Assembly: GCA_949545755.1 (NCBI GenBank)
Contig: CATITK010000002.1
Location: forward strand, 3,516 to 67,515
Source of the DNA: Polaribacter sejongensis
GTDB lineage: Bacteria > Bacteroidota > Bacteroidia > Flavobacteriales > Flavobacteriaceae
Length of the DNA: 64,000 bases
Reading direction: 5' to 3'
Shown: positions 61,914 through 64,000 of the stretch, in pieces
How the letters are laid out: every line of letters begins with the position of its first letter
How positions within the stretch are numbered: position 1 is the stretch's first letter
Program-made: the position numbers and the translations under genes
Notes under the pieces: generated by a model
The model's database searches: none
The model's input: only the letters and a program-made list of their open reading frames with translations
Told to the model about the DNA's origin: nothing

Positions 61914-63473
61914 ATGAATAAAAGTGTTACATCAGCCAATCATCAAAATGATGCTCTTTTTGTTTTAATTAAATCTTTAACTAAATCAGAAAAGAGACAA
62001 TTTAATTTATATGTAGGTCGATTAGGTGGAAATATCGATGCTAAATTTTTCTCATTGTTTAAATTTTTAGAGAAACTAAAAATATATGATGAAAAGGTGA
62101 TTATTGGTAGTGGAATTGTTTCCAAACAACAGCTTTCTAATTTAAAAGCACATTTGTACAAACAAATTTTAATTAGCTTACGCTTGAATCCTGCACATAA
62201 AAATGTACGAATTCAAATTAGAGAACAATTAGATTTTGCTACGGTTTTATATCAAAAGGGATTGTACAAACAAAGTTTAAAATTATTAGAAAAAGCAAAG
62301 AATATGGCTTTGGATAATGAGGAAAAAAACATTGCTTATGAAATTGTAGAACTCGAAAAGGTAATTGAAACACAATATATTACAAGGAGTTTAAGTAACA
62401 GGGCAAACCAACTTTCCATTCAAGCAAAAGAGCTCAGTCAGCAAAATGTAATTGCCAGTAAACTTTCTAATTTATCGCTTCAATTGTATAGTCATTTAAT
62501 ACAAAATGGGTATGTAAAAAATATAGAAGAACTTCAATTTGTTGATTCCTATTTTAATGATAGAATGCCAAAATATGAATATCAAGAATTAGGTTTTAGG
62601 GAAAAATTATGGTTGTTTAAAGCACATCTTTGGCATAGTTTTTTAATACAAGATTTTTTGTTAAGCTATAAATATGCCCGTAAATGTGTCGATTTATTTG
62701 ACAGCTCTAAGTTGATCAACTTACACCCTGTTTTCTATTTAAAATCTAAAAACTATTTATTAGAAGCCTCTTTTTTAGTAAAAAAAGCAGCTACTTTTAA
62801 AAAAGAATTGACCTTTTTTGAAGCGGAAATAGATCAGAAAGAAATACCAATGAATACCAATACAGAATTATTAATTTTCTTGTATCTATATTCAAACAAA
62901 TTACACCTTCACTTTTTAGAGGGCTCTTTTGAAAAAGGGGAATATTTGGTCGATGTGATTAATAATAAAATTGAAAAATACAAAAACAGACTCGACAATC
63001 ACTATGTAGTATTATTGTATTACAAGATTGCTTGTTTGTATTTTGGAATGGGTAAAAACAAGTTATGTATTGCTTATTTACAAAAAATAATTCGCTCTAA
63101 AAACATCAGTGCAGCAGAAGATTTACAGTGTTTTGCACGTATTTTAAATTTAATTGCGCATTATGAATGTGGTTTAGATTACGACTTAGAAAGACAGTTT
63201 GTTGATACCTACAAATTTTTGTTGAAAATGGAAAATTTGCAAGAAGTTCAGAAAGTTTTTCTAGCTTCCATTAGAGATTTGAGTGATGTTTTTCCGCATG
63301 AAATTAAAAACGAATTTAAAAAAATTCATACGAAATTGAAAAAGTTTGAAAATCATCCGTATGAAAAAAGAGCCTTCTTGTATTTAGATATTTTATCTTG
63401 GTTAGAAAGTAAAATCCAAAACAAACCGATTGCTTTGATTATTAAAGAAAAAACAAATCAATTCGGTAAATAA
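61914..63473 (+). CDS. Conserved hypothetical all-helical/TPR-like protein
   Basis: 519 aa, N-terminal LF.LIKSL.KSEKR.F, helical repeat character, no TM segments. Confidence 0.7.
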   Translation: MNKSVTSANHQNDALFVLIKSLTKSEKRQFNLYVGRLGGNIDAKFFSLFKFLEKLKIYDEKVIIGSGIVSKQQLSNLKAHLYKQILISLRLNPAHKNVRIQIREQLDFATVLYQKGLYKQSLKLLEKAKNMALDNEEKNIAYEIVELEKVIETQYITRSLSNRANQLSIQAKELSQQNVIASKLSNLSLQLYSHLIQNGYVKNIEELQFVDSYFNDRMPKYEYQELGFREKLWLFKAHLWHSFLIQDFLLSYKYARKCVDLFDSSKLINLHPVFYLKSKNYLLEASFLVKKAATFKKELTFFEAEIDQKEIPMNTNTELLIFLYLYSNKLHLHFLEGSFEKGEYLVDVINNKIEKYKNRLDNHYVVLLYYKIACLYFGMGKNKLCIAYLQKIIRSKNISAAEDLQCFARILNLIAHYECGLDYDLERQFVDTYKFLLKMENLQEVQKVFLASIRDLSDVFPHEIKNEFKKIHTKLKKFENHPYEKRAFLYLDILSWLESKIQNKPIALIIKEKTNQFGK

Positions 63474-63570
63474 TTATCCTTTTTTATTTACTCAAACTAT
63501 TAATATCGCATTAATTAAATTAAAAAGAAAAATAATCCACATTAATTAAGCACAAATTAAATATTAATAA

Positions 63571-63578
63571 TACTTTTG
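63571..63578 (+). promoter_or_regulatory. -7 box TACTTTTG for the thr leader/thrA transcript
   Basis: TAnnTTTG immediately before the leader ORF. Confidence 0.65.
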
Positions 63579-63582
63579 CTCC

Positions 63583-63684
63583 GTGAGTATTTCAAAACTA
63601 AACATAAAAACCTCTAAAACTATTTCTATAGTTGGTATTTCTATGGGGAATATTACGCGTACTTCTACAACCATTACCCTTTAG
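63583..63684 (+). promoter_or_regulatory. Thr/Ile-rich leader peptide (thrL-like uORF)
   Basis: GTG-start MSISKLNIKTSKTISIVGISMGNITRTSTTITL* has 7 Thr and 7 Ile in 33 aa. The alternative ATG at 63643 gives MGNITRTSTTITL*. Confidence 0.75.
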
Positions 63685-63783
63685 GGGTTCCGCTATATTC
63701 ATATCATCCAAGGTTATCTATTGTTTCGAATAAAGACGAAATAAACACACTAAAAATTAAATTACACAAACTATTCATTAAAA

Positions 63784-64000
63784 ATGAAAGTATTAAAATT
63801 TGGCGGTTCATCTGTCTCGAGTTCAGTAAAAATACAGAAAGTCCTAGCAATTGTTGAGGCAGCATCTAAAAACGAGAAAATTGTAGTCGTTGTTTCTGCT
63901 TTTGGAAAAACTACAGACAAACTTTTAGCGACTGCAAATGAAGCTTTAATAGATATCAATGCAGCAAAAGAGATTTTAAAAGCAATCAAAGAAACTCATT
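63784..64000 (+). CDS. thrA: Aspartokinase, probably bifunctional with homoserine dehydrogenase (3' end outside window)
   Basis: MKVLKFGGSSV...VVVVSAFGKTTD.L. Only the N-terminus is visible; thrA rather than lysC is inferred from the Thr/Ile leader. Confidence 0.8.
   Translation, partial: MKVLKFGGSSVSSSVKIQKVLAIVEAASKNEKIVVVVSAFGKTTDKLLATANEALIDINAAKEILKAIKETH

Noticed and set aside
1061-62161. Remaining short (65-153 aa) ORFs overlapping larger genes in the track
   Set aside because: They lie antisense or out of frame within well-supported genes and show no recognisable motifs.
63771-63989. 72-aa minus-strand ORF in the track
   Set aside because: It is the antisense shadow of the aspartokinase N-terminus on the plus strand (KFGGSS motif).

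Overview
AT-rich bacterial chromosome segment, most consistent with a marine Flavobacteriaceae such as Polaribacter or Tenacibaculum. Support: TAnnTTTG -7 promoter boxes, a type-B T9SS cargo protein and Bacteroidota-type gene order. It is mostly housekeeping: dprA, envC-like operon, ABC-F, a PhoB/PhoR-like two-component pair, purD, rnpA, ruvC, hemW, ade, recJ, rsmI, aspS, hflX, the ilvA-C-N-B-D and leuB-A genes, and the start of thrA. An accessory Wzx/Wzy-type surface polysaccharide locus spans about 15.1-30.9 kb. Signals missed by the ORF track: a Thr/Ile-rich leader peptide before thrA with no classical terminator, a frameshifted rmlD/rfbD pseudogene and an internally deleted GT2 remnant in the glycan locus, a 43-aa membrane ORF, and a structured intergenic element before aspS. 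Also notable are a 'hypothetical' protein with PI3K/HipA-type kinase motifs behind dprA, an FrhB-like Fe-S protein coupled to a pyruvyltransferase, a C-type-lectin T9SS adhesin with A-B-A-B-A repeats, and a possible HTH-TPR regulator between leuA and thrA. I recognised no rRNA, tRNA, CRISPR array, transposase or prophage. All calls come from reading the sequence by eye; no database searches were run.
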